DNA of 64,000 nt, taken from the NCBI GenBank assembly GCA_051362555.1, contig CM120641.1:23504401-23568400 (forward strand), in the 5' to 3' direction. The position numbers and the translations under genes were made by a program. The notes beneath the pieces are model-generated. The model saw only the letters and a list, made by a program, of their open reading frames with translations. It was not told where the DNA came from and searched no databases. Shown here in pieces: positions 52,473-64,000 of the stretch (position 1 is the first letter of the stretch; each line of letters starts with the position of its first letter). This DNA is from Lingula anatina. Its lineage: Eukaryota; Animalia; Brachiopoda.

Positions 52473-55400
52473 CATACGTTTGTGGACATTATTGTATAAC
52501 TTTTCGTAAATGTCCTTAATGTGGTAATTATAGAAACACAAAGAATGATTCTGATCGACAGAAGTAAAAATCACTTATATCAAATATTTTTGAAATGAAG
52601 AATTTCAAAACAATTCCATTTCAATTTATTTCATGAAATACTGAATTTTGCAGACTAACCACTGATATTTTTTCTCTTTACGCTCCAAGAGAAATAACAG
52701 TCTTGTTTCGGTGCTTACCTTTTTTTTTCTACGAAAGAGTGTTCACCTAAACATTGCCTCAAGAGATACTGAGTAGAATTGGCACTTTGTTCTGATATTT
52801 CAGTCGTACATGTAAGTAAAAGGGCATCCATCACTCTCTTATTAGGATGAAAAACACAGGCTGGATGGTTTGAATAACTCTTAAAATGTGAAAGTGTGGG
52901 AATGCTAAGATAGCGTGGTGAGAATATTACGCAGTCAATAGCATCTTAAAATTACAGAAAAGTTTTGTTTTTAGATAGCTGTTACCCGGGGTTATCTTTA
53001 ACGTATTTGATTACCAAAAGCTCCTTTCACTTGCTGTGCGTAACAGAACTTTAGCACGTATGATTACTGTTCTTGGGGCTTCGAACCGCCAGGGCTTTGA
53101 AATTACACTCCTGGAAAAGTGCGGAAGAGATTTCGGCACTGTCAGAAACGGCTAGCCTCCAGCCTGTCGTACATCATTCTAGGAAACGGTAAAGATATGC
53201 AACTTCAAATAGGAACAGACAATTTAAGTCTCTTGCTGGGGGAATTGAAAGGAGGAATCTGTCAAGAAGATCACAGCACAGTTGATCTATTCTTCACGTG
53301 TTTCCAGGTAATTGCATCTCTCAGAAAGGAATGCGAGGTCGCGCTGCGCGTGGAGCCGGAGGAGCGAGCCCTGTTTCTACCACACGTAAAGGAGCAAACA
53401 TGAAACAAACCTTGTTTGAATCGAGTTGGGCGAACTAACCCAGTTTGTATTATGACACCCCTAGAACAAACTGACCGCATTGTCTTATGGGGGACAACTT
53501 TCAAAATCCTTACCACGATTGTTAATTTAGTTAAAGAAATTACCTTGAGACTGGGTCGATCCAGATTTTAGGTCAAAGGATAGACTTTAAACCGGGCGTA
53601 TTTACCTGTCAGTTCTCACCTCTCTGCAAGGTGATGTAGCCCAAGACAGATGGCTTTGCTTAGAGTGAGGAAGTGATTTAAATGATGCCAATTTTTACAT
53701 CTGGGCCTGCACAGTGAAGGGTAAAAACTGTTTTCCTAGATAAATGTACTGAAAAGAGTTTTATGTGCCCTTTCCATTAATATCTCTGCAACATCAACGG
53801 AATTAATTTCCCCGGCCTTGCTCTTTATTTGAGCTAGGCCATGCGTTGCACTATAAAATGCCATTTAATACTCAAAACAAATTGGCAATTCAATTATAAA
53901 AGGCCCTTTTTACTGCCGAGTGATTGTTTTTACCTTTATGTGTAACCTCAGTAACCTCTCTATAATATAGTATTAGTAGGCGTACCATGACCCAATCCAA
54001 AAACATCGGGTCTTTTCTTCAGGCAGACTATTAGCATTCAGCTCTTTGGAACACCTATTGAAAGTCAATGGATATGTTTCATTTGTGAAAACACAAAAAT
54101 ATAATAATAATAATCCATTTTATTTAGAACTATAGTACAAAAGTAATGTTTTTTTAATCCAACTGCTTGTGTCCGAGTATTTTCATCGAAATGATACAGA
54201 GATTGTGAACAATAATGCATTTTTTCTGTGCATGCTGCCAATTTTCGCATCTTAAAGTTCAATTTTCTTCTCTTAGTCTATCTGTTCATACACGTTTTTT
54301 CAATTTACTATCCTTGCAAACAGATCACCGACAAGAGCTCTTGCTGCATTACTTACAATTCCCCTATGATTTGAATGATATTCTACCCAAATTGATAATA
54401 TCTTACCAGCCGCAGCACTGTATTTGGTGTTTTGACTAACACACCCACCGGGTTTTGCTGATAAGGGGTGGGGGAGCACAAGGATGAAAAGATTCCCTGC
54501 CTCTTGATCGGTTAAGCTGTAATACACCAGGGCGATTTTACTATTGTATGTAATAATATAATGGATATTGCTTTATTTTTTTGTCTCGATTTCTATGTTG
54601 TACTTTGAGTTTGTGGAGGGGGGGGGGGGAGCGGGGGAGGGGGCCTGAAGCAAAGGGATACTCTAGGGTTAGGGAAGAATAATAAGATGGAACATACTTA
54701 CAATCTAAAGTATTAAGTTTAAATTTATTTGGTTAAAATAGCGAGCCCATCGGAGCTTTGCCAATGAAAACCTATACAAAATAAGAAAATGGAAAAAAGA
54801 GGGTAATTAGAAGCATGAAAAAATGGTACACCCGTAGAAAAAAAACTACCTACTTATTCAAAGCGATTTAAAAGAAACTAGATAATCCAAGGGGAATAAA
54901 ATAAGAATTGAAAGGACAATGGTGAGTTTTACAAAACATTCCCATGTGCCTAAAAGCTGGGGTAAGAATGGGGCTTTAATGACGCAGGACATGATTTCAT
55001 CAGACAAAATTAATTGATTGGTTGAAAGCGTGTTCGCTGAGATGGAGCAACATTGATTTAGAACTTTTAGTGATGATCAAAAATAGATAACAGATAATAT
55101 AATAAACAAGTAATACAATTATGGACAAAATTGTTACAGGCCTACGCTGTACATCACTGCGTCATGGGCATGAGTGTTTTATTTTAACTTGACTCATTGC
55201 TGCTTGATTATGAGCAATAAAGCCATGTAATTTTTTAAAATAGCATACATAAAAAGAAAAACAAATCCCAATTTTTATCTTATCCCGGAGACACAAAAAA
55301 TATATGGATAAATGATGGGTCGGAAAACGTCAAAACATTGTGGGAAGGCAAAAACGAGATGCCCGATTTCCAGTTGTGACGTCGACATCAAGTTACATGT

Positions 55401-56172
55401 TGACGTCATGCGCTGCCATGTGTTCAGTTGCAGTGCAACCTCCTGCATTGCTGGTTATAATGTTTGTATGGATTTTAGGTGGCGACATCGGGCAATAAAA
55501 GTGTGATAACCCTGTAAGTTAACGTCCTTTTACAGAATTCCTTCATTTCTTTTTGAACTTTTAAAAGTCGATAGCTGTTTTTCTTTTATCAAAGGAAATA
55601 ACAAGCTGATGTTCGAAAATAACTCTCATTCAGTTCCACTAGGATACAGATTCATCAATGTTGTTTTTATTAGAACATAGCAGGTTGTATTCATCAGATT
55701 CAAAGGCAATCGCAGTAGGGGTGAATATGGTATGAATATTCAATCACACGTTATCTGATAAATCTAGTACGCCGTGTTTCACTACTTATCAATCAAGAAA
55801 AAGGGATTTTAATTTTTTTTATGATGTATAGCGCAAAAATGATAAAATGGCAGATAGCACAGGATTGTGTGCGGTCCCAAAGCATAATTATCTATGGACA
55901 AAATGCTCCACTGAGTTCAGTTGCAAAAACAGGAAACGTCAGATAAGGAAGTAACAGCGCGGAAAACTCATTTGTGGAAAGGTATTACATTTTTATCTCC
56001 TTTCATCTTGATGTAACAGCGTTCGGTTCGGCTGAAATATTATCAAAGCGTCTGTTTAACGATTTTCACCCCATAGAGGCGAGAGAACGCGACACCGATC
56101 TGTATTTTTGCGTAAATGGCGATTCTTTTTACATAATGGAATCTGATACCTGATATTTCTATGAATTTGTTG

Positions 56173-56339
56173 CAGGTCCGTAGCCAGGGAGGGTTCGCGG
56201 GTTCGAAAGAACCGCCCCTTTTGCTGGGAAAAGGTCCACTCTGTGTAAAATCTGAGCTAGGTACATGAAGTTTTTATGGGAAAAGGTCCACTTTTTCAGA
56301 ATAAGAACCCCCCTTTTGAAATTGCTGGCTACAGGCCTG
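56173..56339 (+). mobile_element. MITE family A copy (CAGG...CCTG ends)
   Basis: caggtccgtagccag ... ctggctacaggcctg; internal duplicated gggaaaaggtccact. Confidence 0.75.
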
Positions 56340-57636
56340 TGTTGTTTTTAATGATGGACGTGATCGTGCGTCCAACAAAGCCGCAGCAGTACACCTTACA
56401 TATGCAATGCTGCTTCCACATTAACCAGAATGTATTTCACTTGTTTGCCTGTTAACGAGTCAACTTGAAATGCTGGCTTATTTATTATTTATCTTCGTCA
56501 ACTTTCATTATTTATTTCTTGCCTAATGCACCTGATCTTGTCATGTTACCTTATCCTTTTATCGCTTATTTTGTACCTGATGTCTGGGTGCGACACATGG
56601 TAGCTGAGGACAAAAAGATTTTATCAAATGTTTACGGGTAAATAGGAAAAGAAAAACGTGAAACGAATTGAAGGTTGACTATAGATGCACAAGACTGAAC
56701 AGCCTCATTTTGAGTGTTTTTAAAAGTAGAAGCAAAAACTACTGCGTAACTCTAGCAACAAGAAAGTTAAAATGATTTATTTCATCGGCTGTACTTAAGT
56801 CACCTGTTGGTTCCAAGTTCATCTGTATATTACAGTCGTTGTCACCAGAACCATCATTATCACACCATTATATATAGCGTCGTCTCTAACACTTTAATCT
56901 AAACGACAAGAATTATGCGGGTTCTCGACTTATTATAGCTTTTGCAAAAAAGACCCCTACATATCAGAACCCATTGTATTATGCTTTATTTCACAAATAA
57001 ATGATAATTAAAGTATCAAAATACATAAACCTGGCACAAAAGAAGGAAAACGGCAGTTCAGTACACATGCGACGGCCTAAACTGCTGCTGCACAAAGCAC
57101 CTGTCTGCGGTGTGCGGAGTAGGATATTGATGTTTTGATACACCTGGTCACTCTGTCCAGTGAGCCACTGTCCGGCCACAATGGCCTTTCTGAGACCAAT
57201 TACTTCATATCTTGCCACTCCTCCATGCAGACTTTGACATCTTAACAATGCCACGCAATGGGCAATCTCGCTGCAATGTGATGTACATTGTCTCTCCTAT
57301 CAATATTGTACGTGAGTGTCCGTGATACTGTCGTGGCCTAGCCTACAGCGTGACGTGAAATACCATGACCCTTGATGACAGGTGTGGCATCATAGGGCAC
57401 ATAAGTTTATACACGTTCGATCAACTGCTAATGTAGGTTTCTGCTCCAGTAGCAGCCATAGCAATAATATTTATATTGTATTATATAGTGTGTTTGCTTG
57501 GAGCACGCGCTTTCGCCGACTACACCCAGGGCCTTAAGGCTGCTGAATCAGGTGTATTCGGCGTTATGCAGTGCTAGAACAGCAGCGTATTCGTTTTTAT
57601 TTCTGACTTAGAAAAAAGGGAGAAAACAGCGATTTG

Positions 57637-57712
57637 ATTGGAAGAGCTTATATAAACTCACAGCGCCGCTCGCAATAAGAGCGGCGTTCAGATTTGGTAA
57701 AACTCATCAGTC
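57637..57712 (+). promoter_or_regulatory. TATA/CCAAT core promoter of an unidentified gene
   Basis: ATTGG 57637-57641, TATATAAA 57649-57656, Inr-like TCAGT 57707-57711; locally CpG-rich. Confidence 0.6.
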
Positions 57713-57813
57713 ATGAGTAGTCTCTCAAGTCAGCGCGGGGAGGCAGTGGCTAGGATATCTTCATCTACAGACGATAAACAAGCGCTCGAAAGAGTCGGCG
57801 TTATCTGGAGGAG
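57713..57813 (+). CDS. Probable first exon of an unidentified gene (MSSLSSQRGEAVARISSSTDDKQALERVGVIWR)
   Basis: gtcATG downstream of a TATA box, open frame, strong donor GAG|gtaag (phase 2); product not recognised. Confidence 0.5.
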
Positions 57814-60800
57814 GTAAGACCTTATGTGACTCTTCAAAAACAATTAACATAATATACTGTGGTGTACATCATACCGCAAGATGCATGACTGAAAGCGAGA
57901 CCGTTACTTGTCAGTTACGGAGATTTGTGACAACCGATCGTTTCGTATTTGTCTAATACTGCTTTCAACATTATGAAAGAGGGTTTCAGTTGGATTTCTA
58001 CTTTGACCGGGTAAGCCATGGTTTGATTAGAGCACGTCTTCCTATTGTCTTTGCAGTTATCGAATATTATGTAGAATAGCTATAGAAGCTTTGTACAGAG
58101 ATAGTCTTCGTCATTTGGTTGATCGGTTTTTTACGCCTTTACTGCGCTAGTCATTAGTTGTGAAAACAGCGCTGTTCATATAACCAATTTATTCTGACTG
58201 AAATGTGATGTCATCTGTCAATTTTACTTTATTATGACCTTTTTTATCTGCTTGGAGTGTAACAATATAAATGTGTTGTTTAAAGAATTTCTATTTGACT
58301 ATAGATATCTCTGTTAACCGCTAAATAATGCATTCATTTCTATTACATTATTGCCCAGTTAATGGGGTTAGGATTTAAAAAGGTTACTCTGTAATGGCCC
58401 AAAGCATTGGACAAACTCTCCACAAAATGTATGATTTATTTAGTTATTTATGGAAAATCGGGATCAGAGGCATAGGCGCCAAAATCGCCCAACTACAAAT
58501 TATGTGTTCCCCACGTCTATTAGACGTTGGTGTATTCCTATAAGAGTCTCGAAATTTAGGTGAGCAGCCATTACCTGCTGAACCTTGAGTTTAAGTCTAT
58601 TATTTTTCACTAATAACCCTCTCTCTGGAGGAGTGCATTTCCATGATGGATCAACAGGCGACTCAGCGGGGTTGCGAACACGGGTCATTCCACAAAAAAG
58701 TGAACATTGAACTACGTCAGTGACGCACAAATTGTGAGTAAGATATTCATCATTTTGGCTAGTGACATTATTTACGCTGTTTTATACAACACTACCCTCC
58801 AATATAGAGAAAGGAGTAGCAATTCAAAAGCGATTTAAAACAAATATTACAAATAATGTTTGCGTCTCTGACGTGACTCAAATATTCACTTTTTTGGGGG
58901 GATTCACAGGTTATTTTATGAATCTACTGCAGAATACATCCACTATATTAAGATCTCCAGTTGCTAATTGCCGAAGTACCTGTGTGGGTATAGTAATAAC
59001 CTAAATTAAGTTGTTTGAGAAGTCAATTTCAGTTGCGTAACAAATATGAGGCAAATAAGGGATTGAATCGGTTAGGATGGGCTTGAGTGTAAGAAATGAC
59101 GGAGGCACCTGGTGCCATGAACTCGTACCGACAGCCGTCTCCCAGAACAAGCAGCACTTAACTCACAGTGCTCACCGATCTTGTCTCGCCAAAGACAGAA
59201 CACGTGCATGTTAACGCGCGAAAATATTTTCAAACTGATATTTTAAAGCCACACAGGCAATAGTTTACACATGATGCGTGGTAAAAAATAAATAAATTGA
59301 CTATCTGTTCAGCCGCCGGTTGATTTGTTCAAGGAGATATATAAACTCCGCATCTCCTTGGTTTGTTCAATTCGACATTTATCAAGTACAACTAGTTTCC
59401 GGCTCTAAAACATGCAGGTAACAATTCGTTTCCTGATAGGAAAGTAAATTGTCCTTTGGGATATGGTGTCTAGCTATCCCTGGCACTAGAGCTAAGTTGT
59501 TCTCTTGGGGTTGTGATTCCGACTGTTTGAAACGTGACTGCGGTACAGGCTTTAGGTACATTTGCACGGCAAAACGGCTATCTTCGCTGTCGACTCATGG
59601 CTGAAATCATTTGGGAATCTCTTTTCTAAAAAAACGTTGAAATTGATAGATGTTTTCCATCTAAAAATGTATTTTATATCTGAGACGGAAAATTACGGAA
59701 TGTATGCCTTACTTCTACCCAGGATTCCGAAAAGTTTCGTGAAATGTCTTGCACTTTCGATTTGACAGCGATGATGGAGGTCTACATGAAACAACACACA
59801 CTTCCTCTTACTTCCTCAGACAACACCTTGTAAAATCCATATAATTGGCATGTTTAGGATATTATCAGTGTTCTTCAAACTATAAAGCATATCCTCCAAC
59901 ATGGTGTAGGGATAATTTATTTCTAGTTGTTATTTATACTTGAATATAAATGGTCTATACTCCCTATTCGCGGTTAAGAAACTAAACCTTTAGCATAGAT
60001 TATGACGCATGTAGGGTGAGGGGGGGGCGGAAAGGTCCTAGGGGAGTTGTCCAAATAAAATATTTCGTATTTTTAGGTCTTACGTTAGATTTAAACCGTG
60101 TGGAAAACAAGGATGTGGTAGGGTGGGGAAGATACAGTGAAGGCTGGTCGACGCTTTAGTAGGGCTTTTAAAACTGTGGAGGAATGTATGAAAATTGAAG
60201 CCAACATCATTATTATTATTCTCATTATTTTGTTTCATCGTTTATATATTTATTTATTTATTTATTTATTTATTTATTTTATTCTTGAACACATTAAGAG
60301 AACTTTGCTAATATATACATATTCATCATCGTGTTCGTATTAAATTGTCATGACGTTAACGCTATTATTACGATCCGGAAAAATGGCAGAGAAAATCTAG
60401 GGGTCAGCAACGCGCCAAGGGATACATTGTATCAGCCATGAATACGCTTATGGAGTGGGCATAGACATTGAAACGTTTCGAGTCGCTTCAAATTTCATGT
60501 CTCATATTTCGGTAATAGATAGATGGTAGTTGATAGGATCTTGACGATTAGAGATTTCTTAGCAAGTGCACCCGGGCTGACAACGCATCATTACACCAAC
60601 ACACTTAGTGACAAAAAAGGACGCGAAGTGCTTGTTTGCATGCAGATGAAAAAAAAAGAGACTTAACGGTATTTTGCCGTATGTCTACATTTAACTGCTA
60701 GGATTACCCCTTATTGACAAGATAATTTGATGGAACACGAAAATAAAGTGATATAAAAAGATACCTTTGAACAAAGAGCCAGTTATAAATATGTCTACCC

Positions 60801-61210
60801 TGTAGGGGATATTGGTGGCCTATACACAGGACCATTTCGACGGCTTGTTAGTTGCATTATGAGTGATTGGTTGACATTAAGTGGGAGACAGTTCACAAGG
60901 GTTCACATAATTTATTTCTCAGGTAAAAGGGTTAATACGCTGATGGAAATGTCATGAAACACGAGAAAGGACGCGATCACATACCGTAACGTCCCCCCTG
61001 GACCGGGTCACGTCAAACCAAGGACACACTTCTCAATTAGACTTATTGCTGTATTCAATTTAACGAAAAGAATTCAACAAACATTCTTAGAAAAAATATG
61101 TCACCAAAGTAGATTCATATTGAAGAAAAAAGACCTCGAACTTTAAAATTATGGTGAGCATCTTCTCCTATCAGATATATCTAAGTTCACTGATAAAATT
61201 TCGAACACAC

Positions 61211-61366
61211 GGTCCACAGACTGGGTGTGGGGCTGGGGTCGAAAGAACCAAGCTTTTGGGCGGAAAAAGTTTGTTCTTAATCAAGATTCTAGGCTCGACG
61301 CCATTTCTCAAAAAGGCCCACTTTTTCAGAAATAGAACTCAACTTTGAAATTGCTGTCTGTAGCCC
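61211..61366 (+). mobile_element. MITE family A, degenerate copy
   Basis: Shares tcgaaagaacc, aaaagg.ccactttttcagaa and tttgaaattgctg with 56173-56339. Confidence 0.6.
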
Positions 61367-61381
61367 TTAGTGAGGACTTAA

Positions 61382-61718
61382 AGGGATAATAACTCTTCGT
61401 ATGAGATCTATATTTCACAATAAAAACATTGTGAATAACTCATAGAAATATAATATATTCTGTTTTACCACAAAAACGGCAGTTATAGCTATTATTCTGA
61501 TATCTGAGCTTGTCTTTAGACCATGTGACCTCCATTGATGGCTATATTCTGTTAAAATCTCTTAAGAGATTTTAACAAAAAACCAAACTTTTTAGAAGAA
61601 AACCAGGGACTAACTTTGAATGTAAAAATGGATTCATTAACCATTGGTAAGTATGGGAAAATTGTTGTTTACTCCAGGAAAATTCATTTTTTGGCCGTGA
61701 CGAAGAGTTCTTATCCCT
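61382..61718. mobile_element. Non-autonomous DNA transposon with TTAA target-site duplication (Kolobok-like ends)
   Basis: TTAA|agggataataactcttcgt ... acgaagagttcttatccct|TTAA. Confidence 0.75.
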
Positions 61719-62343
61719 TTAACAATGAACGCGTATGTTTACTGAGGACTCGTTAACAAAACTGGGTTGACCCTTTCCGTCTGAGTTCGCGGTGTCAACT
61801 AGCGGTTTTAGTTTTAGCCTATAGTATTCATTTATTTTGTCCAAACACAGGTGAATAGAAAATGAACTCAAGGCTTAAACTGCAATATTTTCGCCTTAAA
61901 ATCACGTTTTGCAACCTGATTAGGCAAGGCAACACGGTAAAAATCAATGCCCGATATTGGACACTCTTTGTATTTCACGTCAAGAAGTTCGTGCTGAGAT
62001 TTATGCTGTTCACATTCGAACGGTGTTTTATTCTTTCGGTTTTAGTCATATATTGTTTGGTTTCATTATATCTAGGGCTAGCATCGATTTACGCCTAGAT
62101 TAGTTCGAACAAAGGAAATTGACGCAAACTGTTTTTAAAACATTTCCTTCTATTCTTTCACCCAGTGGAACTGTTGTATTGATTGCGGAGCCTAAAGCTG
62201 CATTATGTTGTTGCGCTTTTTTTCGATTGGTCATAATGGAAGCAATGAAAGGTCAAATACCATTGGTTCTTGAGGACATGTGAGGGCACTTATTTAATTT
62301 GGAAAGAAAAACATAGCCGCTCTCTTAAACTTTACGGTTTTAG

Positions 62344-62412
62344 GTCAGACAGAAAATACGATGTTCCGACTGAACGCCGCAGGCAGTGTGATACCTGGTT
62401 AAGAAAGCCCAG
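62344..62412 (+). CDS. Candidate exon 2 of the unidentified gene (SDRKYDVPTERRRQCDTWLRKP)
   Basis: ggttttag acceptor, consensus CAG|gtaagt donor; 69 nt; open in the phase-2 frame left by exon 57713-57813. Confidence 0.4.
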
Positions 62413-64000
62413 GTAAGTTTTACGACAGCGTCGCTGTTTAAGCTGCGTTCAGTAACAAATGTAAAGGTATTTTTTTAGTTCTGCGTAGACAGCTGCTCCA
62501 CTTGTTATCCACGTAAAAAATCCACAAATACCACATCAGCTGGCATTTGAGAAAGTAATTTGGCATTTCAACGGTCCATCAACTGATTATGGAGTAAGCA
62601 GCTCATCTACCATTGATTAAATAACTGAGATTAGTCCTTGTCACCTGCCGTCTGTTAGGCTGGCGGGAAGGTGATTACAATGCTGATGGCAGAAGGAACG
62701 CGGCGGTGAGTGTTCTCGGTGCTGGGTTGCCTTTATGTTTGGATTCTTTGATTTCCTACTTGAACTCTGATTAAACCTTGTTCGTGGTGTAAGTTCCTCA
62801 CAAGGGAGCTAGATTACGTTATTTCTCTGTAGAATTTTACATTAGCTTCATATGCTATTATTGGAGTTTGCATTTAACAACAAAAATATGTATAGCGGCG
62901 ACTTCGAAAGAAGATACAATATTATTATTATTATTATTTAAAATTTTATGATCAGATTCAAAATCTTTTCTCGTTTTCGTCACTGACACCTTAGCACAAC
63001 CTTGGTCATAAAAATACTGTTTTGAAAAGTGCACATAAGTTTGGTATGTCAAATATTATAGCATTTATAGAAAAACAAACAAATTGCATGTGAAGATTTG
63101 GTGTTTTTCTGATGTTTGGACTGGAAAAAAATGCTTTACTAATAGGTTTGCCTTTAAATAAATATATTTAGTTCATTCCCTTGCGAATGTGCAAGGATGT
63201 GAGTGACCAGAGACCTTCTTAAACCACACAAAATGTATGACTAAGTTATAGAAATAAATATTTAATTGTTGTCGCTCAAGTGGGTTTAAGTTCTGGCGAC
63301 GAAGACGAGATGTTTTTTTTTTTTTTATTCAGAGCTCTATCAGCGATTTTACGTGGGATTTGGTAAAGTTATATAACTTTTGTCGTCCGTTTATATAAAC
63401 ATATATACTATGTGTTGGTGAAAAAGTGTAAAACCTTAAGTAATTTTACTGAATATTCATAGCGCAGAATTAGGTAATTCATTTTATCAGTCACTCGTAC
63501 CTCTACGTAAAAATACACACGCACTAATTATAATGTGGAAAGAATACATTTGTCAATGTGAGCAGAGTGCTTAAAATATATTACACTTTATCTGTCTGAA
63601 TAGCAAACCAAATACATTAAATGTCAACTTGTATGCGCAAATGCCACTATGATAAGCTTTGTAATAGCATCTCCAATACCTCTCTCGTTTCTGTAATATG
63701 CAGGGATTCCACATCATTTAGATACATTATCGTTAAAAGGGATAACTCGTTTTTTAATTAAACCGAGTAAGTGGTTATCAGAGGGCTTTTGTCAAATTGA
63801 TTTTGTCGTATTGACATTAAACCTCACTTATTTACTTTCGAATGAAGTGCAAATAGACCAGCATATGCCAAGAGAAATCTAAATTTGCCGGAATTGGAAA
63901 GCATTCACGTTTTTCATTTCCATAATTCCATGGATGCCAGCTTGAAGCAGACGTCAATGGGGGATTAAGTAATGTTCGCTGAATACAGGTCCAAAAGGAT

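Noticed and set aside
53119-53516. Overlapping ORFs of 94 and 81 aa in a GC-richer patch
   Set aside because: No recognisable domain, non-ATG starts and no consistent exon chain
58650-58720. tRNA/SINE-like fragment with a B-box-like sequence on the minus strand
   Set aside because: No cloverleaf; too degenerate to call a tRNA or define an element

Overview
AT-rich, intron-rich eukaryotic DNA from an invertebrate animal (probably lophotrochozoan or mollusc-like; this is an inference). Splicing GT-AG exons by hand gives four units. (1) The 3' part of a neurabin/spinophilin (PPP1R9-family) gene on + (about 642-28115) with RVxF PP1 motif, PDZ, coiled coil and SAM domains; its N-terminal actin-binding region lies upstream of the window. 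(2) A complete 8-exon PDE12 (2',5'-phosphodiesterase 12) gene on + (31735-39150). (3) A convergent 3-exon rolling-stone-like (FAR-17a/AIG1-type) membrane protein gene on - (47238-41068). (4) A CpG-richer, CRE-rich region from about 47.4 to 64 kb with TATA promoter(s) and the probable first exon(s) of an unidentified + strand gene starting at 57713. Several MITE-like inverted-repeat elements and microsatellites are present. The most notable features are: eight consecutive frame-neutral phase-1 exons, including 33-nt and 12-nt microexons and flanking RBFOX motifs, just before the neurabin PP1-binding exon; candidate alternative N-termini; a polyproline insert and a 3x SGITLISSRPL-like motif in neurabin; and a uORF plus dual-ATG arrangement that may switch PDE12 between mitochondrial and cytosolic forms. 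Exon coordinates were counted by eye and have no transcript support.
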